From positions 4,216,001-4,280,000 of the forward strand of contig CATNEN010000011.1 in assembly GCA_950097015.1 (NCBI GenBank): 64,000 nucleotides of DNA, read 5' to 3'. The stretch is from Macrostomum hystrix. Lineage: Eukaryota > Animalia > Platyhelminthes. Under the pieces are notes generated by a model. It saw nothing but the letters and a program-made list of their open reading frames with translations. It made no database searches and was not told the DNA's origin. Shown here one piece after another: positions 43,467 through 54,526 of this stretch; positions within the stretch are counted from its first letter, which is position 1; each line of letters opens with the position of its first letter. A program made the position numbers and the translations under genes.

Positions 43467-46400
43467 GGGTCGGCAGCCTGGGGCCAGCGCCGACCCCCTC
43501 TCAAGGGGCCCACAGATCAGCGTCGTCCATCTTTGTGCCAGTGCGTTTCGGCAGGCACAGCTCGCCCGCCCTGCTGGACACGGGCGCGCAGATTTCGCTG
43601 ATGGACAAGTCACTGTACGACAAGCTTGACTGCCGGCTCGACTGCAGCGACATCAGCGTCATGCCGACCTCTGTCGACGGCTCGCGGCTGCGCTGCCTTG
43701 GCCTGACGACGGCGGAGGTTGCGATCGGCAGCGCGATTCGAGCGCGGCACAGTTTTACCGTGGTGGACGGCATCCAGCCTAGACTGATTCTCGGCATGGA
43801 CTTCATCGGCCGGGTGTCGCAGACGGTGACCATCGACATGAAGGAAGGCGTCGTCCGGTTCGACAGCGATACGGTGGCTTTCAGCAGCGAGCAGCCGCGG
43901 GCCAGTTGCCGCCTGGTGCCAAGCGTTCTGGTGGCGCGCGTGGCGGTCAACACGGAGCTGCCGGCGCGGAGTGAGAAGGTCGTATGGCTCCGGGTGGACT
44001 CCAGCCGTGAGCAGGGGGTGTTCGAGCCCTGCGAGGACTTCGTAGCAGCCACGGCGGTGCTTTCGGCGCGCGTGCTGACTATCTCGGACGACGGCCGAAT
44101 CCCCGTCAAGATGTGCAACCTGGCCGAGGAGCCCGTGCTGCTGTACGCCAATAAAGCCGTCGGGACGTTCGAGGGTGCGATGGCCGGGGGGAGGAGCGAC
44201 TATCTCCAGGAGGACCCCCTCGGCTGGAACATCAACCCGGAGCTGTCCGAGGCGGATGCGGAGAAGCTGCGCCAGCTGCTGGAGCAAAACGAGGACCTTT
44301 TCGCAAGGCACGAGTACGACCTGGGCACGACGGAGCTGCTGCAGCACAGGATAGATCTGGAGCCCGGAACGCGGCCGCACAGGCAGGTTCAGCGACGTCT
44401 GCCTCTGTCCGTGCGGGACCAGGTAGACAAGAAGATCGGCCAGATGCTGGACAGCGGCATCATCGAGCCGTCCATGTCTCCTTGGGCCAGCAACCTCCTG
44501 GTGGTGCGCAAGAAGAACGGCGACATCAGGCTCTGCACCGACTGGCGACAGCTGAACGCCTGCACAGTCAAGGACGCCTACCCGCTGCCGCATCTGCAGC
44601 AAGCCATGGACGCACTGGTCGGCTGTTCCTGGTTCTCCACCATCGATTGCCGGCAGGGTTATCACCAGGTGGAGGTGGCAGAGGAAGACCGGCCAAAGAC
44701 TGCCTTCTACTCCACCCGCGGCCTGATGCAGTTCCGCAAGATGGGCTTCGGGATGTGCAACGCCCCAGCGACATTTCAGCGCCTTATGGAGCTCGTCATG
44801 TCCGGCTTATCCTGGGAGGTGGTGCTGACCTACATCGATGACATCATCGTCTTCAGCAGAACCTTCAACGAGCATCTGGCGCGGCTAGCACAGGTCCTTC
44901 AGCGGCTTCGAGGGGCCGGGCTCAAGCTGCACAGGGCGAAGAGTGTCTTCGGCCACCGCCAGGTGCTGTACCTGGGGCACCGGGTCAGCGAGCAGGGCAT
45001 CGCGCCAGACCCGAGCAAGGTGGACGCCATCCGCAGCATGCCCAGCCCGACGACAGCAGAGGAGGTGAAGCGGTTCCTCGGCATGCTAGGCTTCTATCGC
45101 CGCTTCATCCAGGACTTCAGCCAGACTGCGAGGGTGCTGCACGACGTCAGCCAGACAGCGAGAGACTTTAGATGGAGCAGCAGTTGCGAGCGGGCGTTCA
45201 ACGAGCTGAAGGACAAGTTGACGACTGCCCCGGTGCTGCGGCTGCCCGACTTCAGCAAGCAGTTCGTTTTGAGCTGCGACAGCAGCCAGTTCGCAGTGGG
45301 CGCCGTGCTCAGCCAGTTGCACGGGGACGCTGAGCTGCCTGTGGCTTTCGCATCGCGCACGCTCAACAAGGCGGAGCGAAATTACTCGGCGACAGACCGG
45401 GAGCTGCTGGCGCTGGTGTGGAGCTTGAAGCACTTCAGAACGTACTTGCTCAGTGTTCCCAGCTTCACCGTCTACTCCGACCATCGGCCGCTTCAGGGAC
45501 TGCTGGCGACCAAGGACCCGGAAGGCAGGCTGGCGCGGTGGCTGTCTACGCTGCAGCAGTTCTCCTTCTCGCTGCTGTACCGGCCAGGCCGGGAGAACGT
45601 TGTGCCGGACGCACTGAGCCGGGTGGCCGGCACGCGCCTGCAGCCCCGCTGGGAGGCCGCGCGCCTGCATGAGGAGCAGCGGCAGGACACGCTACTGAGC
45701 AAGGCGTTCCAGGCGCTAGCGACAGGAATCGACAATCTGTCTGACACCTGGGCGGCGCAGGTTCGCGAGCTGCTGGACGGGGCATCAATAAGTACGGCGG
45801 GCGTCCTGCTGTTCCACGGCAAGCCGGTCATTCCCAGCCACCTGCGGCCGCACTTCCTGCAGGAGGCGCATTCTAGCGACCAGAGCGCCCACCTCGGTGT
45901 TGACAGGACGGTGGCGAGGCTGGCGGAGCGCTGCTGGTGGCCGGGCCTGCGGCGGGACGTGGAGAACTGGGTGGCGAGCTGCGCCGTCTGCCTAACCAAG
46001 AAGAGTCCGACCAGGCCGCAGCGGGCACCGCTGCAGACGACAGGCCAGCCGACAGCGCCTTGGCAGCAGGTGCAGATCGATATTAAAGGCCCGCTGCCGC
46101 GCACGACAGACGGCAACGCCTACATCCTCAGCATGTGCGACACCTTCTCCAAGTGGATGGAGACATCGGCGCTGGCGACGATCGACGCCGTGACGGTGGC
46201 GGATGCGCTGCTCAGAGCCGTTGTGCTGCGGCACGGTGCCCCACAAGTGCTGCACAGCGACCAAGGACGGCAGTTTGAGAGCGACGTCTTCGTCCGGCTC
46301 TGCGAGCAGCTGGGCATCGAGAAAACTCGCACATCGCCATTCCACCCAAGCGGCAACGGCGTCGTGGAGCGCGGCAACCGGACACTGGGCGACATGCTGG

Positions 46401-47146
46401 CGACGGTCGTGTCGGAGAGCCAGCAGGACTGGGACCGGAAGCTGCACTACGTTACCTGGGCCTATAACACCTCTGTGCACAGCACCACCGGCCTCAGCCC
46501 GTACCAGGTCCTGCATGGCTGGCCGCCGCGGCTGGCGCTCGACAGCTGGCTGGTGGACGGCGACAAGGCGGCGAGCGGCAGCCCGCACGACTTTCTGCAG
46601 CAGACGCAAGCGAACCTGCAGGGCGCCTTTGACGCGGTGCACGGCCGGCTGCGGGACGCCCAGGCGGCGCGCAACCAGCGAGTCAACCAGGGTGCCAGAT
46701 TCGTGCCGTTTGAAGAGGGCCAGCTGGTAATGCTGCGCAACTCCGTCGTCAAGCGCGGCCAGACGCGGTGCCTCAGCGACAAATGGAAGGGGCCGTATCG
46801 GATCCTGCGGCGCCTCGGCGAGGTGAACTACCGCATCCAGGACCAGGCAGGCCGCCGGCGCAAGCTGGTGGTGCACCACGACCGGCTCCGACTCTTCATT
46901 CAGCGGCGGCCGTCGCTGGAGCTGCCTGCTGCCGCCGATGCCGACACGAACGCCAACGGCCTCGCCGTGCGACCGCCCAGTCCAGCGGCTGACCCGGGTG
47001 GCGATGCGGTGGTCGGCTGGCCGGAACCGGACCAAAACGTGCAGCCCGATGATCCGCCGGCGGCCCCGCCCGAGCCGGCCGAGGCTCTCCGACGCTCGGC
47101 GAGAGAACGCCGGCCTCCTGACTTTTACATGGCTGGCTTTGCTTGA
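43325..47146 (+). CDS. pol: Gypsy Pol (protease-RT-RNase H-integrase), uninterrupted; expressed as a Gag-Pol fusion
   Basis: LLDTGA, ILGMDF, PWASN, KTAF, YIDD, CDSS..AVGAVL, DHRPL, H..H..C..C, IDIKGP, HSDQGRQF, GVVER, WKGPYRI, VVHHDRL; the domain order is Ty3/Gypsy. Confidence 0.96.
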   Translation: MLQLRGSWPHREAVPESGRSPLQQVLRQGAHGGGLPDTSCTAAGKLLRVGSLGPAPTPSQGAHRSASSIFVPVRFGRHSSPALLDTGAQISLMDKSLYDKLDCRLDCSDISVMPTSVDGSRLRCLGLTTAEVAIGSAIRARHSFTVVDGIQPRLILGMDFIGRVSQTVTIDMKEGVVRFDSDTVAFSSEQPRASCRLVPSVLVARVAVNTELPARSEKVVWLRVDSSREQGVFEPCEDFVAATAVLSARVLTISDDGRIPVKMCNLAEEPVLLYANKAVGTFEGAMAGGRSDYLQEDPLGWNINPELSEADAEKLRQLLEQNEDLFARHEYDLGTTELLQHRIDLEPGTRPHRQVQRRLPLSVRDQVDKKIGQMLDSGIIEPSMSPWASNLLVVRKKNGDIRLCTDWRQLNACTVKDAYPLPHLQQAMDALVGCSWFSTIDCRQGYHQVEVAEEDRPKTAFYSTRGLMQFRKMGFGMCNAPATFQRLMELVMSGLSWEVVLTYIDDIIVFSRTFNEHLARLAQVLQRLRGAGLKLHRAKSVFGHRQVLYLGHRVSEQGIAPDPSKVDAIRSMPSPTTAEEVKRFLGMLGFYRRFIQDFSQTARVLHDVSQTARDFRWSSSCERAFNELKDKLTTAPVLRLPDFSKQFVLSCDSSQFAVGAVLSQLHGDAELPVAFASRTLNKAERNYSATDRELLALVWSLKHFRTYLLSVPSFTVYSDHRPLQGLLATKDPEGRLARWLSTLQQFSFSLLYRPGRENVVPDALSRVAGTRLQPRWEAARLHEEQRQDTLLSKAFQALATGIDNLSDTWAAQVRELLDGASISTAGVLLFHGKPVIPSHLRPHFLQEAHSSDQSAHLGVDRTVARLAERCWWPGLRRDVENWVASCAVCLTKKSPTRPQRAPLQTTGQPTAPWQQVQIDIKGPLPRTTDGNAYILSMCDTFSKWMETSALATIDAVTVADALLRAVVLRHGAPQVLHSDQGRQFESDVFVRLCEQLGIEKTRTSPFHPSGNGVVERGNRTLGDMLATVVSESQQDWDRKLHYVTWAYNTSVHSTTGLSPYQVLHGWPPRLALDSWLVDGDKAASGSPHDFLQQTQANLQGAFDAVHGRLRDAQAARNQRVNQGARFVPFEEGQLVMLRNSVVKRGQTRCLSDKWKGPYRILRRLGEVNYRIQDQAGRRRKLVVHHDRLRLFIQRRPSLELPAAADADTNANGLAVRPPSPAADPGGDAVVGWPEPDQNVQPDDPPAAPPEPAEALRRSARERRPPDFYMAGFA
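43454..43510 (+). promoter_or_regulatory. -1 programmed ribosomal frameshift signal (G GGA AAC + downstream hairpin/pseudoknot)
   Basis: Heptamer GGGAAAC at 43454-43460 in the correct gag phase; 6-nt spacer; 8-bp stem GGGTCGGC (43467-43474) / GCCGACCC (43489-43496); pol is in the -1 frame. Confidence 0.85.
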
Positions 47147-47172
47147 CTGAACTGCTTCTAGGGGGAAAGTAG

Positions 47173-47372
47173 TGTTAGCAGCTTAGAGTTCGCGGCCCGC
47201 AGTGTACACTGCGGGGGGTAGAGCGTACACGCCTGCGTGCGTGCTTGCGTGGCGTGATTGGGGGGTGGGTACGCCCACCCCAGTGTTTCTGGCCAAATAT
47301 AATAGTGCTAGCGAGCCGGTATGGCTCTTCGCGTATTTGTGTGCATGCTACCTGACAAACCAGCGTCTTACA
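47173..47372 (+). repeat. 3' LTR (200 bp), preceded by polypurine tract AGGGGGAAAGTAG (47160-47172)
   Basis: Same sequence as the 5' LTR; purine tract immediately upstream. Confidence 0.96.
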
Positions 47373-48531
47373 GCGCGAACATTTCTCGCAGGCGCGGGAC
47401 CAGTGCCTCGGCCGTCGTTGTCTGCATGAGCTGCACCTCTGGGAATCTCGAGTATCTGTCCACGCACACCAGCAGCATGTTGTTGTTGATCGGGCCTACA
47501 AAGTCAGCCCCAATCGACAACCAGGCGCCCTTAGGGATAGGCGTCGGCTGTAGAGGCGTAGCCCGAACGGCTGGCGTGTGAGACGTGATGGCACAGCTGC
47601 GGCACCGACTGACGAACTCCTCCGCTTGTGTTGCCATTCTCGGCCACCAGACCTTGCTGCTGAGCCTTGCGGTCGTCTTCTGCGAGCACTGGTGTCCTTG
47701 GTGCGCCAGCTCGAGCATCTGCTGCCGTAGAGCTGCTGGCACGACAATCCGCTGATGCCGAAGAAGAACTCCGTCTACCGCCGACAGCTCCTCTCGCAGC
47801 ACGTGGAGTGACCGCATCTCAGCGCTAGAGCGGTCCCATTGGCCGCCTTGCATCGCTGCTATCGCTGCCCGGATAACTGGGTCGCTGGCTGAGCTCTTGC
47901 GGATGTCTTCGAGCGTGAGCGCCTTCGGGACAGCCGCCTGCGCTACCTCGTTTATGTAGGCCTCTCTCAGCTGCTCGCTGGTCCTACTTCCTTCAGCGTT
48001 TAGAGGCTGCCTGCTGAGTATGTCTGCAGCATTGGACGCTCCTGGCTGGTATTCGACCTTGAATACCTGGATGCTGGATACGCAGCGCCATACTCTCGAC
48101 TCGTGGAGGCGGCCGTGACCCTGGCGCATACATGGCTGTCAGCGGCTTGTGGTCGGAGATCACCGTGAATTCGGGCGATACATACAAGTAGTACTCGAAC
48201 TTCAGGCAGCCGAACTTCACGGCGAGCGCCTCTTTTTCGGTCTGCGAATATCGCCGCTCGACGTCGGAGAAAATCCGGCTCGCGTATGCGACTGGCCGCG
48301 AACTGCCGTCGTGCTGTACTTGCGCCAGGATTCCGCCGAGTCCGGTTGGTCCCGCGTCCACAATCAGCTGTGTCCGTAGCCGCTTGTCGTAGAATGCCAG
48401 CGTTGTCGGCTCCGCAATGCTGCGCTTTAGCTGCGCAAAGGCGCTGGCCTGGTCGGCGCCCCACTGCCAGTTGGTGTTCTTCCGGGTCAGGCGTCGCAGC
48501 GGCTCCGCCACCTTGCCCAGCTGTGGCGTGA

Positions 48532-49030
48532 GGGATTCTAGTTTTACAGATAGGATTCTAGCTAGACAGATGGGATTCTAGTTTTACAGATAGGATTCTA
48601 GCTAGACAGATGGGATTCTAGTTTTACAGATGGGATTCTAGTTTTACAGATGGGATTCTAGTTTTACAGATGGGATTCTAGTTTTACAGATGGGATTCTA
48701 GCTAGACAGATGGGATTCTAGTTATACAGATGGGATTCTAGTTAGACAGATGGGATTCTAGATATACAGATGGGATTCTAGTCATACAGATGGGATTCTA
48801 GTTATACAGATGGGATTCTAGTTATACAGATGGGATTCTAGTCATACAGATGGGATTCTAGTTAGACAGATGGGATTCTAGCTAGACAGATGGGATTCTA
48901 GTTAGACAGATGGGGTTCTAGTTTTACAGATGGGATTCTAGTTAGACAGATGGAATTCTAGTTCGAAAAATGGGATTCTAGTTCAGAAAATGGGATTCTA
49001 GTTCAAAAAATGGGATTCTAGTTCGAAAAT
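48532..49030. repeat. 20-bp minisatellite (GGGATTCTAGTTTTACAGAT), ~25 units
   Basis: Direct reading; units drift toward GGGATTCTAGTTCAAAAAAT at the right end. Confidence 0.97.
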
Positions 49031-49835
49031 CTGTGCGAGCATCTTTTCAGTGTACGGTATCAGTATGAGAGTGTGCTCAGGAGTCAGCGGAATGGGTAGA
49101 ATTGTAAAAACGCTATGTGCTATTGCCCGCGGCCTGGCTGAGCATGACTCATTGTGAGACCCCACTCATGCAGACCCTTCAAAATCCTGTCCCTCCGCTC
49201 TCTATTATTATTCGGGTTGATTGGAACTTGAAAGTGATTTTTCGATCACGATTCGGAATGTGCGATTCAATTGAATGTATGTCGATCACGTACAGAAATT
49301 TGGGGCGTCAATTATTGCTTGACTGCACTAAAATCGTTTCTTCTATTCTGGCTCATCGTTCCATATACATGACAAATTGAGTTTTCTATGGCTTACTTTC
49401 AAACGCTAGGCCTTAGATTCCATAGGCCGTTCCGTTTTGCATGTCCACTGTTTCACATAGCGCGACAAAAGCAATGCAATAATTATGTGTTAGAGAGAAA
49501 CTCCAAAAAGTCAGAAAGTTTTCTAATAGTACAAACCGAAAAGTTCATCTCGGAAAAGTCAAGCATGCAGGCAAAAAGCAAAGTAAAGCTGAAATTTGAC
49601 ATAGACAAAAGGCGTGTACCCCTGTGTCAGCCAGCGCTGCCATAGACCGAGCCAGCTCGGACCTGTATTTTCTGCAGCATTTAGAAGGGGCAGCGGCCCG
49701 AAAAGAAGAATGAAATCCAAAAACAGACAACCCTCGACTAAACATTGGCCAATTCTACTCAGCCGTTGCAAATTGGATCAAGAATTGACTGCAATTCAAC
49801 TGCCACCTGCCAGCTAATCGACCAAATCTAACTGC

Positions 49836-51558
49836 ATGGGCCGTTCGGAATCGAAGCTGGCAATCATGACGACTATGGAGCTGGTTATTGTTGGCGTGTT
49901 ACTTGCAGTTGGAGACATTCAGCTGGCTGATTGCATTAAATGTATCTCGTCGAGGTTGCCACAATCAGTCGAAACATATATGAATGACAATAGTTCTACT
50001 ACTTGCACTCGTCGCACAGTCACCAAGTGTAAAGTGGAATATTATAAAAACATCAATGTGGTGAGCGACCGAATGAAATAAACTAAGTAAATTAGCATAT
50101 CAGTTCGAATTCATAAAGTAACAGTTTGCACGCGGAAACCCTTTTTAGAATCTGGAATATGGTTGCGGCGCCTGTCCCGCTACGCAGGACGCTAAACATT
50201 TTTGCAAAGACTGCACAGGTGATGACTGCAATAAAGCGAGTGCATTAAACGTGACCGATGATCTAGTAGAATGCCTCGAATACATACTTGCGGGTCAGTT
50301 CTTTATCAACGGAAACGGTAAACCAATAGGGCCAAATAAAATTTTTTGTCTACCATCGGAAAAGTGCTTCAAATATGAAATTTTTCCTGGAACAAAATAC
50401 CATGAGATCTACATCGGCTGTAAGACGATGGTCGAAATGTATCATCAAGTCGTGTTGGGATTTTATAGCTATTCTCAAGTTGCTCGGAACTTTAAACCTT
50501 ACGAATGTACACCAAACGAAAACTATTCTGATTGTATTTCAATAACCACGACTGCTCGGTTAGCAACCGTGACTGCTTCGGGTGCAGCCACGACTGGTGC
50601 TGGTGCAGCCACGACTGGTGCTGGTGCAGCCACGACTGGTGCTGGTGCAGCCACGACTGCTGCTGGTGCAGCCACGACTGGTGCTGGTGCAGCCACGACT
50701 GGTGCTGGTGCAGCCACGACTGCTGCTGGTGCAGCCACGACTGGTGCTGGTGCAGCCACGACTGGTGCTGGTGCAGCCACGACTGCTGCTGGTGCAGCCA
50801 CGACTGGTGCTGGTGCAGCAACGACTGCTGCTGGTGCAGCCACGACTGCTGCTGGTGCAGCCACGACTGCTGCTGGTGCAGCAACGACTGGTGCTGGTGC
50901 AGCAACGACTGCTGCTGGTGCAGCCACGACTGCTGCTGGTGCAGCCACGACTGGTGCTGGTGCAGCAACGACTGCTGCTGGTGCAGCCACGACTGCTGCT
51001 GGTGCAGCCACGACTGCTGCTGGTGCAGCCACGACTGGTGCTGGTGCAGCCACGACTGCTGCTGGTGCAGCCACGACTGGTGCTGGTGCAGCCACGACTG
51101 CTGCTGGTGCAGCCACGACTGCTGCTGGTGCAGCCACGACTGGTGCTGGTGCAGCCACGACTGGTGCTGGTGCAGCCACGACTGGTGCTGGTGCAGCCAC
51201 GACTGCTGCTGGTGCAGCCACGACTGGTGCTGGTGCAGCCACGACTGCTTCGGGTGCAGCCACGACTGGTGCTGGTGCAGCCACGACTGGTGCTGGTGCA
51301 GCCACGACTGCTGCTGGTGCAGCCACGACTGGTGCTGGTGCAGCCACGACTGGTGCTGGTGCAGCCACGACTGCTCGGCCTGCAGCAAGGACTGCTGCTG
51401 GTGCAGCCACGACTGCTGGGCCTGCAGCCACGACTGCTGCTGATCCAGCCAGGACTGCTGCGGGTGCTTCAAGCCGGACTTCGCCGTCCGGATCCGTACT
51501 GCTGGGCTGCACGATGCTGCTAGCGATGCTGCTGCCTGTGCTGTTGACTTTGCCCTGA
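49836..51558 (+). CDS. Predicted GPI-anchored three-finger (Ly6/uPAR-like) mucin-stalk surface protein, copy 1 (~544 aa); exons 49836-50060 and 50149-51558
   Basis: Signal peptide; phase-0 88-nt GT-AG intron (GTG|gtgagc..tttttag|AAT); 8-Cys domain ending [17 protein letters not shown]; second 6-Cys domain; ~38 TT(G/A)AGAA heptads; small-residue region (GASS) then a hydrophobic tail [20 protein letters not shown] with no cytoplasmic domain. Confidence 0.85.
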
Positions 51559-51982
51559 TATTTTTTGCATGTTTCGTTCGATGTGCTGATTTTGGAATTT
51601 ATTAAAAGTTAATTTATTAATTGATCATATTGATGTTCTGAAAGTTCTGTCAGAAAATGCACTGAAAAATCAAAGTGCTAAAAGTCTCTTCTCAATAACA
51701 AAAACTGACTGGTTCTCGTTGCAAATCTCAAGCAGGCCAAGTTTGTAATATTTTACAACTAAATATATTTCTGTCTGAACTAAATAGTTATTCAATACTC
51801 AAGCTGATAAGCTGCACTGATCAGTTAATACTGGCTTGTCGTTTAAAAGTTTTAAGTGCTTAAAAATTGACGCTCAATTAGTATCACAATTAGCTAATTT
51901 TATTCCAGTATTTAAATATCTTAAATAAAATCAGAACTGTAAATATTACCTACGATGAGAAAACGAATGCAACATTCAATCG

Positions 51983-53447
51983 ATGTGAACAGCCACCTTC
52001 AGTCCATCTGAATAGCCACCTTCAGTCCATCTGAATAGCCACCTTCAGTCCATGTGAACAGCCACTTTCAGTCCATGTGAATAGCCACCTTCAGTCCATG
52101 TGAATAGCCACCTTCAGTCCATGTGAATTGTCACCTTCAGTCCATGTGAATATAGCCACCTTCAGTCCATCTGAACAGCCACCTTCAGTCCATGTGAATA
52201 GCCACCTTCAGTCCATCTGAATAGCCACCTTCAGTCCATCTGAACAGCCACCTTCAGTCCATCTGAACAGCCACCTTCAGTCCATCTGAATATAGCCACC
52301 TTCAGTCTATCTGAACAGCCACCTTCAGTCCATGTGAACAGCCACCTTCAGTCCATCTGAACAGCCATCTTCAGTCCATGTGAATAGCCACCTTCAGTCC
52401 ATGTGAATAGCCACCTTCAGTCCATGTGAATATAGCCACCTTCAGTCCATGTGAATAGTCACCTTCAGTCCATGTGAATAGCCACCTTTAGTCCATGTGA
52501 ATAGCCACCTTCAGTCCATGTGAATTGTCACCTTCAGTCCATGTGAATATAGCCACCTTCAGTCCATCTGAACAGCCACCTTCAGTCCATGTGAATAGCC
52601 ACCTTCAGTCCATGTGAATAGCCACCTTCAGTCCATGTGAATAGCCACCTTCAGTCCATCTGAACAGCCACCTTCATTCCATGTGAATAGCCACCTTCAG
52701 TCCATGTGAATAGCCACCTTCAGTCCATCTGAACAGCCACCTTCAGTCCATCTGAACAGCCACCTTCAGTCCATGTGAATATAGCCACCTTCAGTCCATC
52801 TGAACAGCCACCTTCAGTCCATCTGAACAGCCACCTTCAGTCCATGTGAATATAGCCACCTTCAGTCCATGTGAATAGCCACCTTCAGTCCATGTGAATA
52901 GCCACCTTCAGTCCATGTGAATTGTCACCTTCAGTCCATGTGAATAGCCACCTTCAGTCCATGTGAATTGTCACCTTCAGTCCATGTGAATAGCTACCTT
53001 CAGTCCATGTGAATTGTCACCTTCAGTCCATGTGAATAGCCACCTTCAGTCCATGTGAATTGTCACCTTCAGTCCATGTGAACAGCCACCTTCAGTCCAT
53101 CTGAATAGCCACCTTCAGTCCATCTGAACAGCCACCTTCAGTCCATCTGAACAGCCACCTTCAGTCCATCTGAACAGCCACCTTCAGTCCATGTGAATAT
53201 AGCCACCTTCAGTCTATCTGAACAGCCACCTTCAGTCCATGTGAACAGCCACCTTCAGTCTATGTGAATAGCCACCTTCAGTCCATGTGAATAGCCACCT
53301 TCAGTCCATGTGAACAGCCACCTTCAGTCTATGTGAATAGCCACCTTCAGTCCATGTGAACAGCCACCTTCAGTCCATGTGAATAGCCACCTTCAGTCCA
53401 TGTGAATAGCCACCTTCAGTCCATGTGAATAGCCACCTTCAGTTCAT
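51983..53447. repeat. 23-bp satellite (GAATAGCCACCTTCAGTCCATGT), ~60 units
   Basis: Direct reading; variants include AAC/AAT, CT/GT, +AT and TTGTC. Confidence 0.97.
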
Positions 53448-54526
53448 CAGAATGACCAGATGGCCAGATCGCAGCTGCGAAGCTCGCTGGATCATTTACA
53501 TCGTTTGGATGGACTGGAGGAGATGACACAGTGTCAGGAATACCTTGACCTTGGAGAATTGTAAGGTTGTGAATGGCTGTCGATTTGACTCATCGGAATG
53601 TGAGCTAATGCGAAGCTTTTTGACGGATGGATCTCGGGGAAGTGAGTGCTGTGCGTAAATTGGTGTCGTCCTTTCACTACAAGAAGCGATCAATGTGCTA
53701 GGACTTGTGTGAGCAATGAGAGGCCAGTGGCTTTAGAGCGGATGCGGAACTCACGATCGGAGCCCCATGATGGAGATTGATACGATGATTGGATTAGGAC
53801 CTAGATTTAGGTTCGTCGTCGGAGCGGTACCCGATGGAGTCGTTTCTGTCTTCATAAAAGTTAACAAGATAGGAGTTGAAGGCCGGAAGCCCTTGTTGAG
53901 AAGTTATAGGAGACTTGCAAGGTTGGAGATGGGATATTGGTTTTACTGCTCAACGGTTTCAGTAAGCTAGCCAAAGACTTTGATTCAGAAAAAATAGAGC
54001 CCGCCATTGAATAGCGAAAATTATAAATCTAACACAACTTAAAATATGATGTTATTTTGTCGTCGATTCTATCAGCAAAATAGACATCGTGTTTTGTTTA
54101 TGTTAAGCAAATCTCGGAATATTAGCGGCAATCTGAAAGCTTAGATGATAAAAATAATTATTGAAGACTGTCTACATCATGTCATATTGTAATAAGGTTA
54201 TTTATTGTCAGTAAAAAGGCTTTGTCTACGCTTTGCTTTGTATAATATTAAATTTGTGGTAGGGCCTTAAGTCGTTAAGTCGTTAATAGATTCGTAATTT
54301 CGTGTGATTACAATCTGCACTTCACTGTTGACTCTAGTCTTGAGTTGCTGGCTATGACTTATGTTATGAGAATGAAGCAGTCAGAGCAGCGAAACACTGA
54401 AGCCGTATAGCTAGCAAAACTTTAGAAGTATTACTAGCAAGTTTTGCCCTCCTTCGGGGAGCAGAAATATTTTTAATTCGTCTAGTATATACTTTTTTGC
54501 AGCAGTATTTTCAGCTTTTCTAAGCT

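Larger units (their letters stand above)
42452..47372 (+). mobile_element. Intact young Ty3/Gypsy LTR retrotransposon (4.92 kb) inserted with 4-bp TSD GCGC
   Basis: Two 200-bp TG..CA LTRs, PBS, PPT, and uninterrupted gag and pol. TSD at 42448-42451 and 47373-47376; removing the element restores host EMFARFGIPQE. Confidence 0.97.
42038..48531 (-). mobile_element. Older Ty3/Gypsy pol remnant (RT end, RNase H, integrase), truncated at both ends and split by the nested element
   Basis: AEPLRRL..W.W...AF..LK, VDAGPTGLGGIL, YASR, YSQTEKEALAV (RNase H); H..H..WWP..C..C zinc finger and GADFVGP..VDRYSRFPEV..(insertion)..RFGIPQELVTDNGPPF..YYPAANG..ER (integrase). A 7-nt duplication at 48067-48079 causes a frameshift. 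Confidence 0.9.

Noticed and set aside
43276-47150. Long antisense and alternative-frame ORFs over Gypsy pol (e.g. 43610-44665, 45992-47035)
   Set aside because: Expected in GC-rich coding DNA; no recognisable domains.
50577-51380. Antifreeze glycoprotein-like (Thr-Ala-Ala)n
   Set aside because: The period is seven residues with Gly and paired Thr, not the AAT tripeptide, and the protein appears membrane-anchored.
50492-51523. Long alternative-frame and antisense ORFs ([27 protein letters not shown] repeats; likewise at 62842-63981)
   Set aside because: Shadows of the 21-bp coding repeat; only the Thr/Ala/Gly frame links a signal peptide, Cys domains and a GPI-type tail.
53460-53970. Possible decayed LINE fragment between the satellites
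   Set aside because: The composition suggests old coding DNA, but no diagnostic motif could be recovered in any frame.
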